Shown here: positions 12,991-27,626 of the stretch, piece after piece | How positions within the stretch are numbered: the first letter of the stretch is position 1 | Layout: every line of letters begins with the position of its first letter | Assembly (NCBI RefSeq): GCF_009914755.1 | Contig: NC_060947.1 | From: the human T2T-CHM13v2.0 reference genome, Homo sapiens | Strand: one strand, 5' to 3' | DNA length: 64,000 nt | Made by a program: the position numbers and the translations under genes | The notes under the pieces: model-generated | Database searches by the model: none | What the model saw: the letters and a program-made list of their open reading frames with translations, nothing else | Told to the model about the DNA's origin: nothing

Positions 12991-13900
12991 CCTTGTCGGA
13001 AGGAAAGGTGCTGTTTGGTCTCTTCGCTGGCATCCCCATCTTTAGGAATTCCAGCCCAAACAAGCCGCCTTCCAATTAGCAGTAACCGTCCTGTGTGTGT
13101 ATATGTGTGTGCACATGCATGTGGATGCATGTGTGTATTTGATGGCATTATATATGGGCTAGAAATCAGTTAATTGTTCTATGAAGTCTTTCTCTGATTA
13201 GGTCCTCATCTATTTTGTGGACATTGGTTTTGTATATAAAAGGATTGTCATCAGCAACCCAATGATGCTTTTTCTCCCAACACCCATAGCAACAGCCTTT
13301 TTTGTGAACTAAAATAAGTTTGATACGAATCCTCAAACTGGAGTTTTGACAGTTAGGTAAGAAAAACAGATCAGTGAGTACATTACACGCACTGTGCTGT
13401 AGAATAATCATTTTAAATAATGTATATAAAACATCATTGCATTTTTTCCTGGTTTACCTTTAAATTTGTTAGCATGCCAGAAATGCAACTGCCTAGCTAT
13501 CATCAGTCCCCATTCCCCAAAAGGCAAACACTTCATGGGCTGCCAGTGAGAGGCATCACCTGCATACCTGCATAGAGACCTTCTTTCTCTAGCACACAAA
13601 GCTTATCCCTGAGACTGGAAGGGTTGAGCAGTCTCTAATTGTCTAGAAGAGCCAGGCCTGGCAAGTCCAGAAGTAGGTTCTAGGCTCTCTCAAACCTCAC
13701 CCCAATTTAAACTTTGGCTTCATGTTTTATGAGTCTGAAGGCTGTATGCCCAGCTTCTGTAAAGACGGAAATTTATAAGTCCACAGGAAAAACAGAGAGG
13801 ATAAAAGACAGTAAAATGAGATACCAGAAACCTGGTGTAGAGAATACATAATAGAATTGACCCCATAAATGTATCCTAAAGCATGGACTCAACATTCCAG

Positions 13901-14860
13901 TGTAGGGGTGGGTTGCCCCTCCACACCTGTGGGTGTTTCTCGTAAGGTGGAACGAGAGACTTAGGAAAGAAAAAGACACAGAGACAAAGTATAGAGAAAG
14001 AAATAAGGGGACCCGGGGAACCAGCGTTCAGCATATGGAGGATCCCGCCAGCCTCTGAGTTCCCTTAATATTTATTGATCATTTGTGGGTGTTTCTCGAA
14101 GAGAGGGATGTGTCAGGGTCACAAGACAATTGTGGGGAGAGGGTCAGCAGACAAACACGTGAACAAAGGTCTTTGCATTATAGACAATGTAAAGGATTAA
14201 GTGCTGTGCTTTTAGATATGCATACACATAAACATCTCAATGCTTTACAAAGCAGTATTGCTGCCCGCAGGTCCCACCTCCAGCCCTAAGGCGGTTTTTC
14301 CCTATCTCAGTAGATGGAGCATACAATCGGGTTTTATACGGAGACATTCCATTGCCCAGGGACGGGCAGGAGACAGATGCCTTCCTCTTGTCTCAACTGC
14401 AAGAGGCATTCCTTCCTCTTTTACTAATCCTCCTCAGCACAGACCCTTTACGGGTGTCAGGCTGGGGGACGGTCAGGTCTTTCCCTTCCCACAAGGCCAT
14501 ATTTCAGACTATCACATGGGGAGAAACCTTGGACAATACCTGGCTTTCCTAGGCAGAGGTCCCTGCGGCCTTCCGCAGTGTTTGTGTCCCTGGGTACTTG
14601 AGATTAGGGAGTGGTGATGACTCTTAAGGAGCATGCTGCCTTCAAGCATCTGTTTAACAAAGCACATCTTGCACCGCCCTTAATCCATTCAACTCTGAGT
14701 TGACACAGCACATGTTTCAGAGAGCACAGGGTTGGGGGTAAGGTCACAGAATCTCAAGGCAGAAGAATTTTTCTTAGTACATAACAAAATGGAGTCTCCT
14801 ATGTCTACTTCTTTCCACACAGACACAGTAACAATCTGATCTCTCTTGCTTTTCCCCACA
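13901..14860 (-). mobile_element. HERV-K (HML-2) solo LTR, LTR5_Hs-type, 960 bp
   Basis: Minus strand begins TGTGGGGAAAAGCAAGAGAGATCAGATTGTTACTGTG and ends CAACCCACCCCTACA. Perfect 6-bp TSD TTCCAG at 13895-13900 and 14861-14866. Confidence 0.97.
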
Positions 14861-15147
14861 TTCCAGTTCATCATCAAGAGAGATGAACAAAGCTATCTCA
14901 AGGCCTAGGTTGCCATAAAGGAGTGTGGAATGAGTACAGTTAGGAATAGACGGGGCTAGCCTAGAGGTGGGTGCACATGAATAAATCAAGGGGAGACAAA
15001 TATTGTAAAAGTAATTATAAGGGAGATTATGTTTAAGAAGGAGAATGTAGAATGCTATGTGAACATAAAATAGGGTAATAAAATGGGATAATAGTATATG
15101 GTGAAGGCAAAAGCAAGTATACAAATATTTTTTAAAAGCTTAATGTC

Positions 15148-16400
15148 CATTTAATAAATGGTGCGGGGAGAACTGGTTAGCTATATGCAGAAAAATGGAA
15201 CTGGACCCCTTCCTTACACCTTATACAAAAATTAACTCAAGATGGATTACAGACTTAAATGTAAAACCCAAAACTACAAAAACCCTAGAAGAAAATCTAG
15301 GCAATACCATTCAGGACATAGGCATGGGCAAAAATTTCATGACAAAATCACCAAAAGCAATGGTAACAAAAGCAAATAATTGATGAATGGAATCTAATTA
15401 AACTAAAGAGCTTCTGCACAGCAAGAGAAACTATCATCAGAGTGAACTGACAACCTACAGAATGGGAGAAAATTTTTGCCATCTATCCATCTCACAAAGG
15501 TCTAATATCTAGAGTCTACAAGGAACTTAAGTGAATTTTCAAGAAAAAAAGTCATCAAAAACTGGGCAAAGGACATGAACAGACACTTCTCAAAAGAGGG
15601 CATTCATGTGGCCAAGAAAAGTGAAAAAAAGCTCAACATCACTGATCACTAGAGAACTGCAAATCAAACCCACAATGAGATACCATCTCACACCAGTTAA
15701 GATGGCAATTATTGTAAGTCAAGAAACAAGAGATGCTGGCAAGGTTGTGGAGGAAAAGGAATGTTTTTACACTGTTGATGGGAGTGTAACTTAGTTCAAC
15801 CATCGTGGAAGACAGTATGGCCATTCCTCAAAGATCTAGCAGCAGAAATACCATTTGACCTAGCAATCCCACTACTGGGTATATACCAAAAGGAATATAA
15901 ATCATTCTATTATAAAGATACATGCACACGTATGTTCACTGCAGCACTATTCACAATAGCAAAGACATGGAATCAACCCAAATGCCCATCAATGATAGAC
16001 TGGATGAAGAAAATGTGGTACATATACACCATGGAATACTATGCAGACATAAACAGAAAGGAGATCATGTCCTTTGCAGGGACATGAATGTCGCTGGAAG
16101 CCATTATTGTCAGCAAACTAATGCAGGAACAGAAAACCAAACACCGAATGTTCTCACTTATAAGTAGCAGCTAAATGGTGAGAACACATGGACACATCGG
16201 GGGAACAACACATACCGGGGCCTGTCGGGGTGGAGGAAAGGAGAGCTTCAGGAAGAACAACTAACGGATGCTGGGCTTATTACCTAGGTTATGGGTTGAT
16301 CTGTGCAGCAAACCACCATAGCACACGTTTATCTATGTAATAAACCTGCACATCCTGCACATATACCCCAGAATTTAAAATAAAAGTTGAAGAAAAAAAA
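15148..16400 (+). mobile_element. 5'-truncated L1PA (about PA12-PA15): ORF2 C-terminus plus 3' UTR
   Basis: ORF2 peptide [17 protein letters not shown]1PA 3' UTR, poly(A), and degenerate TSD aaaagcttaatgt/aaaagattaatgt. Confidence 0.9.
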
Positions 16401-16774
16401 GATTAATGTTTACAGTATAAAATATATGTCATGCCTGCTGATGACCATGCTAACTATATGGATGTAGCAAACTTCTGGAAGGCAATCCTGTTCTCTTTTG
16501 CCCTGCTATGGGAGAAGAAGGCCTTGTTAATGAGCTCTGAACAACTTCTCTTCTATGCCACGGATTCCCAGAGGGCTTCTGATACATGTTAGGGAGTCTC
16601 TCGGACATAAGAGGCCCTAGAGCTTGTCCAGAAACTACTGTCTGAGTGCCACAGAGGATCCACTTATAATTAAAATACCATGATTCAAATGCAAAATTAG
16701 CTTCGGCTTTTTTGGAAGAAATGTGCCAAGAGGGATCCTGCAGGAAGAGGCCTCTGGAATATTATATTATTGTT

Positions 16775-17450
<676 letters not shown>

Positions 17451-18255
17451 CCTGATAAAAGGTTATTTTATCAAGATGACTATGGATACCCCAGTGGAAA
17501 GTTTTCTATGATGAGCTAAGAAGGACAGCTAATAATTGAGCACTTCATTAGTCATGAATTTCCACTGAAGCAAGACCAAAAATTTGGCTCTAAGCCCAAA
17601 GATACTTACTGCCATCTGCATATAACAAAGTTTCATTAAATATAACAAGAAAATACAACTATACTGGTTGCCTTTATTAGGTTATTAGGCTGCATGTGTC
17701 AAAACAACTCCTATCTAGCAACTAAGGAGGGTGGTCTTATTGGGGAAGAAGAGATAATACACCCAGAAAGAAGCTGAATCCTCACTTGACCTCTAAGGAT
17801 GCCTTTCTCTCTTCCCCACCACTTAACAACCAGACCCAATGTCTTTACAAAGATAGAAATTTCAGAATAGTTTTTACTTAGGATGAATATGTGGGGTTTC
17901 CACATTTTAATGAAGCCGATGATATTAACCAAGGCAAACTTCTAAGGAAAGGCTTCATAATGTTAAATCCATAATGCTGCATGTTTAAAGACAATTTCGA
18001 GGCACTATCCACAGATAGATTCTCAGAGACATAAGCCAGCATTTTACATCGACTCTCCCTCCTGCCTCTTGGCTGCTTATTGTCTCCTAGAGTTTTGCCA
18101 TGATGGACAGCTACAACAGAGTCAATTCATTCAGAAACGATTGAAATCCCTTCATAGTCTAGACATTATAGGATGTCTAGGAACAGGATGACTAAGGGTT
18201 TCATCCACCCTTGAGGAGTTGCTCTGTTGAGAGCAAGGGCTACTAAGCCATTTGC

Positions 18256-18286
18256 AATTACAGAACTACGAGGTAGTTCTGTAATT
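18256..18286. repeat. Perfect 14-bp inverted repeat with a 3-nt spacer
   Basis: aattacagaactac-gag-gtagttctgtaatt. Confidence 0.95.
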
Positions 18287-18658
18287 CCAGCCTGGATGAG
18301 AGTTACCTGGCTGAGTAGAAGCAAAGAGCCATGTGTGTGCTGAAGAAGAAAGAGCCATACCCCAATTGCTGGTCAGCTCAGGGTTGGGCATAGCACTCAG
18401 TATGTGATAGGATCCAATGGCCGTCAGAAAGCACTGAGCCATCCTAAGGGATTGGACAAAAAATTGTCCAGTCCCTTTCCATGAATTGTGTTATACTGTA
18501 ACAGAGGTCTGCAGAGGGTGCTTCAGGGCAGCCTCTTCTTGTTGTGGTTGGGCAGACTAAAGCCTTGACACATCTACAGTCTGATGGTATTATCAGAGAG
18601 TGTGAAACCTTGGGGAGGCAGTCACTGGAGAAAGGACAGCAAAGCTTCAAGTACTTTC

Positions 18659-19052
18659 TGTCAGGCCTCTGAGCCCAATCTAAGCCATCATATCCCCTGT
18701 GACCTGTAGGTATACATCCAGATGGCCTGAAGCAACTGAAGAATCACAACAGAAGTGAAAATGGCCTGTTCCTGCCTTAACTGATGACATTACCTTGTGA
18801 AATTCCTTCTCCTGGCTCATCTTGGCTCAAAAGCCCCCCCACTGAGCACCTTGTGTCCCCCGCCCCTGCCCGCCAGAGAACAACCCCCTTTGTCTGAATT
18901 TTCCACTACCCACCCAAATCTTATAAAACGGCCCCACCCCTATCTCCCTTCGCTGACTCTTCGGACTCAGCCCGCCTGCACCCAGGTGAAAAACAGCCTT
19001 GTTGCTCACACAAAGCCTGTTTGGTGGTCTCTTCACATGGACGCGAGTGAAA
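18659..19052 (+). mobile_element. HERV-H solo LTR (LTR7 family), 394 bp
   Basis: Begins tgtcaggcctctgagccca and ends ggtctcttcacatggacgcgagtgaaa; TATA cttataaaac plus GC/GT boxes; perfect 5-bp TSD CTTTC at 18654-18658 and 19053-19057. Confidence 0.96.
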
Positions 19053-21780
19053 CTTTCCTTAGTTAACCAGTACCCAGCTGTGGAGGCTTTTTATAATACT
19101 TCTGTGGGTGCAGGCAATGTTGTAAGATGGGAGGGCTTATAGCACAGTCTAGAAGCAGAACTGGCGTGTCCTCATCTACCACAGACCAAAAGCCCAGATA
19201 AAAAGTCTGCAAATGGACCAAGATTGGGGCCAGAAAAATAGAGCAAGGTGCTTGCTCTTGACACCTCTTAAAGGTGAGTAAACTCCAGTGAAATTTTGTA
19301 TTGTCTGGTAGGCTCAGGAAAGTCTTCAGAGCTGCAGAATAGGAAGGAGTTAGTAGATGGAGGAGCCCCCTTGTAAGCAGCACTTGTACGGGCCTGGAAA
19401 TAGACAAGGGGAGCTTTGCTTTCCAGGAGCATTTGGTTCACAGGAATAACAAGAATGCACACATGAGCTTGCATACCAAATGGTTAAGATTCGTAACATG
19501 AAAATGCTCTGTCTGCTCCCCTGCAGTGACCTCTGCTCCCCACGGAGGCCCTGAGGTCCTTGAGAGAATTCATCTGATGAAGAAGCAAATGCTGCTGCCC
19601 TGTCTTTGGGTTTAGAAGAGGACAACATGGGCTGAGTCCTGTTATTGGTAATGGATCTGCCAAGCCCCATCCCAGCCCTAACTGGAACTCTGGCAATCCA
19701 CATGGTGAGCATTAAAGCCTGGTTTAAGAAGATCAGTGTCTGTTCTTGGACTTAGCTGAATGCTCTTAAGTGTACAGGCCGTGGTCCTGGCAGCATTGGT
19801 ATTGACAGTCCTAAAGAAATGCACTTGTATGCACAGACAGGGTTGGCAATATGGCCATCAACATTTATTTTACTTTTACTTTCACAGTTTAGAGGATTTT
19901 ATTTATTGTGAAACTGGTGAGACTGATCTTAAATTAAAGTGTTACATGCAATTAATTAATTACCACCAGGAAGTTCTTCCTTAATCCCCAGAATCAGCAG
20001 GACTCCTTCACAGGAATGCTTCTTAAGCACAGAATGAAATGGACTCTCTGACTTCCAAGCCCCTGGGATAGCTTTGGAATTTAGTCCAGCTAAAAAGAAA
20101 CCTCCTAATTATTATGGCTTCAAACAATACTGTTTTATTTAGGGTTCTCACTCTAATCCTGTGAAAGGAGCTATATAAATCACCAAGTGAACTATACTCA
20201 GCCTTTTTCCTCCCCTACTGTCACACCCACATCATCACCAGATCGAAGGATCAAAGCCAACTCCAAGTATAACTGGTATTTGCTTCTCTAGAAAATTAGT
20301 TGTCAAAAAATTTCACTGAGGGGCCTAGATATTCACAAGATATTAACAGAGATTCCCCTGAAAAAAAAAAAAAGCTAACGCTGTTTTGACAGAATTCAAA
20401 AGATTATGTAACTGTTGGATGATACGCAGTGCTGTAACCCGATATAGCTAATGTAATTTACACTTAATTAGCATAAAGGTTTATTTAAATATTGGAAATC
20501 TGAGTATGTCAGTATGACTTTGAATTGATAATTTTTGGTATATCAAAAATAAGATTGAAAAGTGACACTGCAGTAGGGGACTAGGTATCAGAATGAATTA
20601 AGACAAGATTCCCTACATTCTTGAAGGCTTTCTTTTTTTTTTCTTTAACCCAGCGATGCTGCAATTAACAAGCCGTGGGAGAACAGAGCTCCATTATGAC
20701 AAGTTCAGCTGTGGGAAAGCAACCAACAAAACACCACTTCTGAGAAAGGGGAAGCGATGTCAGGGAGTGTCATCTGCTGACGTTTGTTCCCACTGTTACT
20801 CCCCTCCCACTCACAGAACTAGGAGCTTTCCTGTCCTTTGACCTCTGAACTCCAAAAGAATGGCAAGCGCCAGTGGAACAGGAGTTTCTGAGAGTCCAGT
20901 GTCTATGGCATGTATTTGACAGCTCTGATGAAAAGTATGAGCTGTGAATTAGACTTCCCCTAGCAGAGATGTTTGTGGATAAGGAACCTGCTTAAAACGG
21001 TGAGGCAGTCAGAGTGTCAGAGGATTGGGAGACTGAGACTGACATGTGGGCAACAGCAGCAGAAACTGGGGACCTGTAGCCGGGAAAAGAGACGAGTTGG
21101 AGGCTACAAAATAGATATCTTCACACAAGAAAAGGAATATTGTCTGTGAAGGGACAATTTATCAAGGTAACAGCACTGGAAGTTTGTGCAGAATCTAGCC
21201 ATCCATCCATCCGTGCATCCATTCATCCCTCCGTCATCTATGCAGCAGTTTTATAGCTAACTATGGAAAGACGAGCTTTGCGATATGTGATTTCTAGCAA
21301 CAGCCAGCAGGTGGGTAAAAGTTTTAGGCATGTAAAGGACCCCCCAAATCACACTGCTTTCCTTATTATTCAAAATGTCTTCATAGCTTATATCCAGTGC
21401 CTTATTTTCCTATGTAAGTAGTAAAACAGAAATAACAATGAACAGACGAAATCTGTTAACTATTAATATCACAGACTTGAAGACTAGGGATCTTTTCTAG
21501 AAGGTATGCCTGCCTTGTTCATTACTAGAAAGCACACATTCAAGTTTCCACTTAGCCCCATTCCATATTCTGCCTCTACCCTAACTCCTGAAATAAACCT
21601 ACTGTTGTTCTGTTGCAAATAGATCATATTTGGGTCAATTGCAGGTTTTGCAGCTGAAACCTTAATGAGTGAATACAATTGTACTAGAAGAAGTAACTCC
21701 CAGGAGCCCAGATTCATGCTTGCCCATACTGCAGAATAATAACTACCAATTATTTGTTATATACCAGAAGATCTATGTAG

Positions 21781-22190
<410 letters not shown>

Positions 22191-23039
22191 TAACTAACTT
22201 GTCCATTCACATGGTTAGTAATGTACAAAGCTGACCCCAAACCAGGCCTTCTCCATCACACTACACTTTCTGGATCCCTCCTACCCCTCCTAGATTAATT
22301 ACTATAGCATTTATTCAAGTCATTTCAATAGAGCTATTATCAGAGGTATGGGAAAAGAGTTCAATGCCGAATACATTGAAGAATCTGGTTTAAGAAAAGT
22401 TAAACAGGTTTCTTTATGGAAGCATTCCTCAATGGCCTCAATAGACAAAAAGGCGTAGGCCTTATTTTTGTTGTTACTGTTATTGAAGAGCAACTCCAAA
22501 GACAGAGCAGTAAAAGTGCTATGGAAAAAAATGCAAACTGCTTTAAAATCTACCTTGCAAACAAGCACCATCCCAGTGCGCAGGGACAAGCCCTTCTGGA
22601 GGCATGGAACTCGAAGGTGCTGTGCTTTGGCATTTTTGGCTCCAGTCCAGCGGAGATGCAGGCTGCCCACATCCTGTTGGGGGGCTAGGGCCAGACAGAG
22701 TTTACATCCAGGAGACCCTCCTAGCAAAGGCACTAAAAGCAGCGCTGCCTCCAGGACAATTCATGATCTCCTAGACAGTAGGGCAGCTGAGCGTGATGAG
22801 GAAGGGCACTGTCTCTCTGATTCCCAGGGCCTGTCATTTCCCGAGGGCTGGTGGAGCCCGGGGATTGGAGGGCAAGAAGCCCAGCCGTAGTCTAAAGGAA
22901 TGATACTGAATGGGCCCTGTGTGCTGAGCAGAGAGGAGGAATAGATTTCCTCGCTTGTCCCTGGATACTTGCCAAACCTGAAGTAAGTACTGTATATGGT
23001 GAATCATTGTCAGCACCAGCATTGCCAGATGCTGGGCAA

Positions 23040-23600
23040 TGCATATAAAAGAGCCTGCATTTGGAGGCATTGATTTCCTCAACAGAGCTCAGGTCTCTCC
23101 TCTTTGCTCCTGCCTCCAGGGTTGCCTCCTCCAACCCTCTACTCTCCACACAGATGCTCAAGAAATCTCCCTAAAGCAGATATATGAGTATATCCTTCCT
23201 CTGCATAAAAGTCTTCAGTAGTTCCAGAAATAGATGCTTGGAAATCTAATTACTTGCCTAAGGCCTCATAGCTTCTACTTCCTAGAACAGAGCCTTCGTA
23301 CTGATCTGGCTTACGCACAAGCTGGTCCCCTTAACTACCACTACTTTAACCTATGGCTCCCATCTGGATGGTTTTGTGATGGTCCTCATCTGGGGACCTC
23401 AGCCACAGATGAACACTCCTGCTGGAATTAACCCAGCTCCAGATATCTCTCAGGATTCACCCCATCTTACAGTCATCTCATTGTGTCTTACTTCCCCATT
23501 AGACCGCAAGCTTGTTGAGCCACGGAATACATATTATTGAACTTTGTATCCCAACCCACAGCACAAGGCCTGGCCTGTCATAAATGTGTGTTGAATGGAT
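23040..23600 (+). mobile_element. L2 fragments including the 3' terminus
   Basis: cttccccattagac..caagctt...gcacaaggcctggc...taaatgtgtgttgaatgga. Confidence 0.55.
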
Positions 23601-24589
23601 AATACAAAATTTCCTAGGGCCCGTGTCCTGAGCTCCATGTCAAAATCTGTGCATTTGAATTCAAAGATACCTCACTTTGGCTAATCCAAAATATGATACT
23701 GATTTCTAGCGTTTGTGATTCTTAATACCAAAGCCAATAAAACAAAATTGATATTAAAACCAGAATAAAACAGGCAGGATGCGGATTAAGATGAGTCAAA
23801 GTACAGAGAGGTGCAATATAGAATCTGACTCTGAGATAAGTAAAATACATTTTTTTTTAGATAATAGCCGGTATTCATTCCACTATAGAATGGTCCAGCT
23901 GAAATCCGTTTTTCAAAAGGTAGTGTTTTCTTTCCTCCTATTGTTATCCTTAAAAATTGAATTTTCAGTTATTCATCATTGAACCTGAAAGCAAGAACAG
24001 TTTGAACACCCATTTACCTTGTTCTCTAAATGTTTTAATCAGCTCAGCTTTAATGTTATGAAACTACTCAACAACGCTAAGTATTTATCATAATAATGTA
24101 TCAAAATACAAATTCAAGTAGACATGTGTTTTTATTTTAAAGTGCACCATCTAGTCTTATGCTGACTCTGACCCAGACTGCCTTAGGGAGGTGCAGACTG
24201 ACGATCTTTAGTTTAAACAAGAAAGGCCATTTTTTTTTTTGTCCAAGGGCAATAGTGAAACCACAGGTTATCAATTAATATGCTTGCTTGTCGAGTTAAA
24301 TGTTTTGGTTCCAGAGATCAAATATTCCAGTATGAATCCCATTTTATACAGTGGCTGAATTATGGGTCATTATATACATATGTTAGCCAATCCCAGCACA
24401 GAAGGAACTGGAACCAAAGTCCTATCAGTTAGTCTGAGTCATGAAAGTGGATGGAGTTTCTCTTGATTCAGTATCGCCTTTTACTGGGCAGCAGGTGCAG
24501 CTTTTACCAATAGAGAAGGGACATTGTTGGGGTCATGCAGGGGGCAGGTGGGGTGTCATTACCTTCTCTAATATCACGTGTCAGTTTAG

Positions 24590-24990
24590 AGCCTTGCCTA
24601 TCTTCTTCACTGCAACATTCCTAGCATCCAGCCAAGTGCTAGGTATGTACTATGTTCTCAATAAAAATGTGATGAATGAATAAATGTCACTGGATTAAAG
24701 GAAACTTAGGGAATAATTGACAGAGAGTTAATGCATGTGGAAATTAAGAGCTCAAACACTCGAGTCACACTGCCCAGTTTTCAACCCCAGCTCTGACCTT
24801 GACTACGTGTGTGTTCTTGGGCAAATCCTTTTACTTCTCTATGCCACCATTTCCTCATCTGGAAAATGATGATGCTACTCATACCAATCTCAAATAGTTA
24901 TTGTGATGATTGATTTTAAAGCCTGAGAAGCTCTTCGAAGAGTGCCTACCTCATATTAAGTACTCAATGAGAGAATCTGCTATTAGCATC
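24590..24990 (+). mobile_element. L2 3' tail followed by MIR
   Basis: ctcaataaaaatgtgatgaatgaataaat; ccccagctctg...ttgggcaaatc...ttcctcatctggaaaatg. Confidence 0.65.
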
Positions 24991-25564
24991 AATTATTGAT
25001 AGACAGCCATGGATGCAGGGTAGTGTGACCATCCACTGTGCACCAAAGTTTGTGCAAATATGTAGAATCTCCTTCTCCATTGCTCCAGGATCTATGGCTT
25101 ATGTAGCTCTGTATCTTCAGTGGCTGATCAAGAGATGGTTTGTAGTAAAGGAGTCTGGATGGATGGAGGCTTGTTCAGCTGTCTAAGCTGATTGGCATCT
25201 TTACAAATACACACCCTGCCAAGGCCACTCTTCCTAGTTCAACGATCCCTCAATACTCTGGCTTCAACCATCTGTTTGGACCCTTCTTGCTCTTCACCAG
25301 TTAGTTCCCTTGGCATGGTCTTGTGTTTGGAGTCACCCTGTGCCTACCCCCTTCAGTCTGATGGCTGAGTGGGACAATCTGCCAATCTCCATCATCATTT
25401 GTCCACGGGGTAATGTTTCTTTGATAGCATCTCCATGGTTTCTTACGCTGTAGCCTCGGGAAAAATGATAGCCTATCCAAGATTCCTGAGGCAACAGGCC
25501 CAATCTTTGCTATAGTGTCCCAGGTCTCCATTTTCCTTGGAAGGAGAAATTCAAATATCAGAGG

Positions 25565-25960
25565 CATTGTTCATAATATTTAAGGTCAAGGGCTTTGAGA
25601 TTAGATCATTCTATGAATAGGTCATATCCCCACTGAGCTACCTACTTGCTCTGTGAACTTAGACATTTTGAACTCTATAGTTCACGGTGTCCTAATCTGT
25701 AAAATGTGAATAATTATAGAAAGTACCTCATAACTGCATGGGATAGTGCCTAGCATGATGTTACATACAAAAACCATCCAAGAAATGCTAGCTATTTTGC
25801 ATTCAATCAGCTCACAACACTGAACGTCTACTATATGTCAAACCTCATTTTAGTCATTTAGTGACTTAGAGACGAATGAAACACTTTGGCTGCCCTCAAG
25901 AAGTTTACATGCTGAACAAAGGCGGGTATAAATGATAAACAAGTAAGCACACGGGTGTGT
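25565..25960. mobile_element. MIR (+) followed by L2 tail (-)
   Basis: ctaatctgtaaaatg MIR core; ctgccctcaagaagtttaca L2 reverse motif. Confidence 0.55.
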
Positions 25961-25971
25961 GACTTTGTGTA

Positions 25972-26373
25972 TGATACGGTTTGGATGTTCATCCTCGCCA
26001 AATCTCATGTTGAAATGTAATTCCTTATGTTGGAGGTGGGGCCTGGTGGAAGTTGATTGGATCATGGGGGTAGATCCTTAATTAATGGTTTGGCACCTTC
26101 CCCTGGGTGATGTGTGAGTTCTCACCCAGTTGATTTATTTGAGATCTCGTTGTTTAAACGTGTGTGGCACCTCTCCTCTCTCTCTCTTGCTCCTGCTCTC
26201 AGCATATGATGTACCTGCTGTCATGATTGTAAGCTTCCTGAGGCCCTTACCAGAAGCAAATGCTGGCACTGTACTTCCTGTACAACCTGCAGAAACATGA
26301 GCCAATTAAACTTTTCTTTATAAATTGCATAGCCTCAGGTATTCCTTTACAGTGATGCAAACAGACTAATACA
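25972..26373 (+). mobile_element. MSTB-like MaLR solo LTR
   Basis: tgatacggtttggatgtt...caaatctcatgttgaaatg...cagactaataca; perfect 5-bp TSD GTGTA. Confidence 0.9.
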
Positions 26374-26808
26374 GTGTAAAACACAATATAGGGTGATTTA
26401 CGTGAAAGGGAAACCTGAACCATATATTCATGTGAGCAGCTGCCCAAGGGTTTAAGCCAGTTATTTAAATGTAGTATGTACAGATGAATAGTTATAAATT
26501 GAATATTAATTGTTTAAGATAAATAACTGCAACATTTCACTTTCTAAAACCAAACAAACAAGAGTGTATAAAAAGAGGTTTAAAAGTTGGTGAGCGCTTC
26601 GTTATTCTTGATAAGACTCACCTATGGACATCTGGGTCCATCAGTTAGAGCACATCTGTGGGACCGAGAGGGACTAAGGTAATCTTGCTATGCTACTGTT
26701 GGCTGTCATACATTCCTTTGGAGTCATCTAACCTGGACCTCAGAGGGGTGCAGCATGGAAAGAGCAGAAAAGAAAGGCTTTTTCTAGGCCTAAAAGATGA
26801 GTAGCAGT

Positions 26809-27626
<818 letters not shown>

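Noticed and set aside
14083-14877. ORFs of 62-125 aa in the HML-2 LTR
   Set aside because: Generic LTR5/SVA-like translations; there is no gag, pol or env because this is a solo LTR.
22320-22890. Overlapping 137-140 aa ORFs and CTCF-like words
   Set aside because: No recognisable domain or exon structure; motif matches are too weak.
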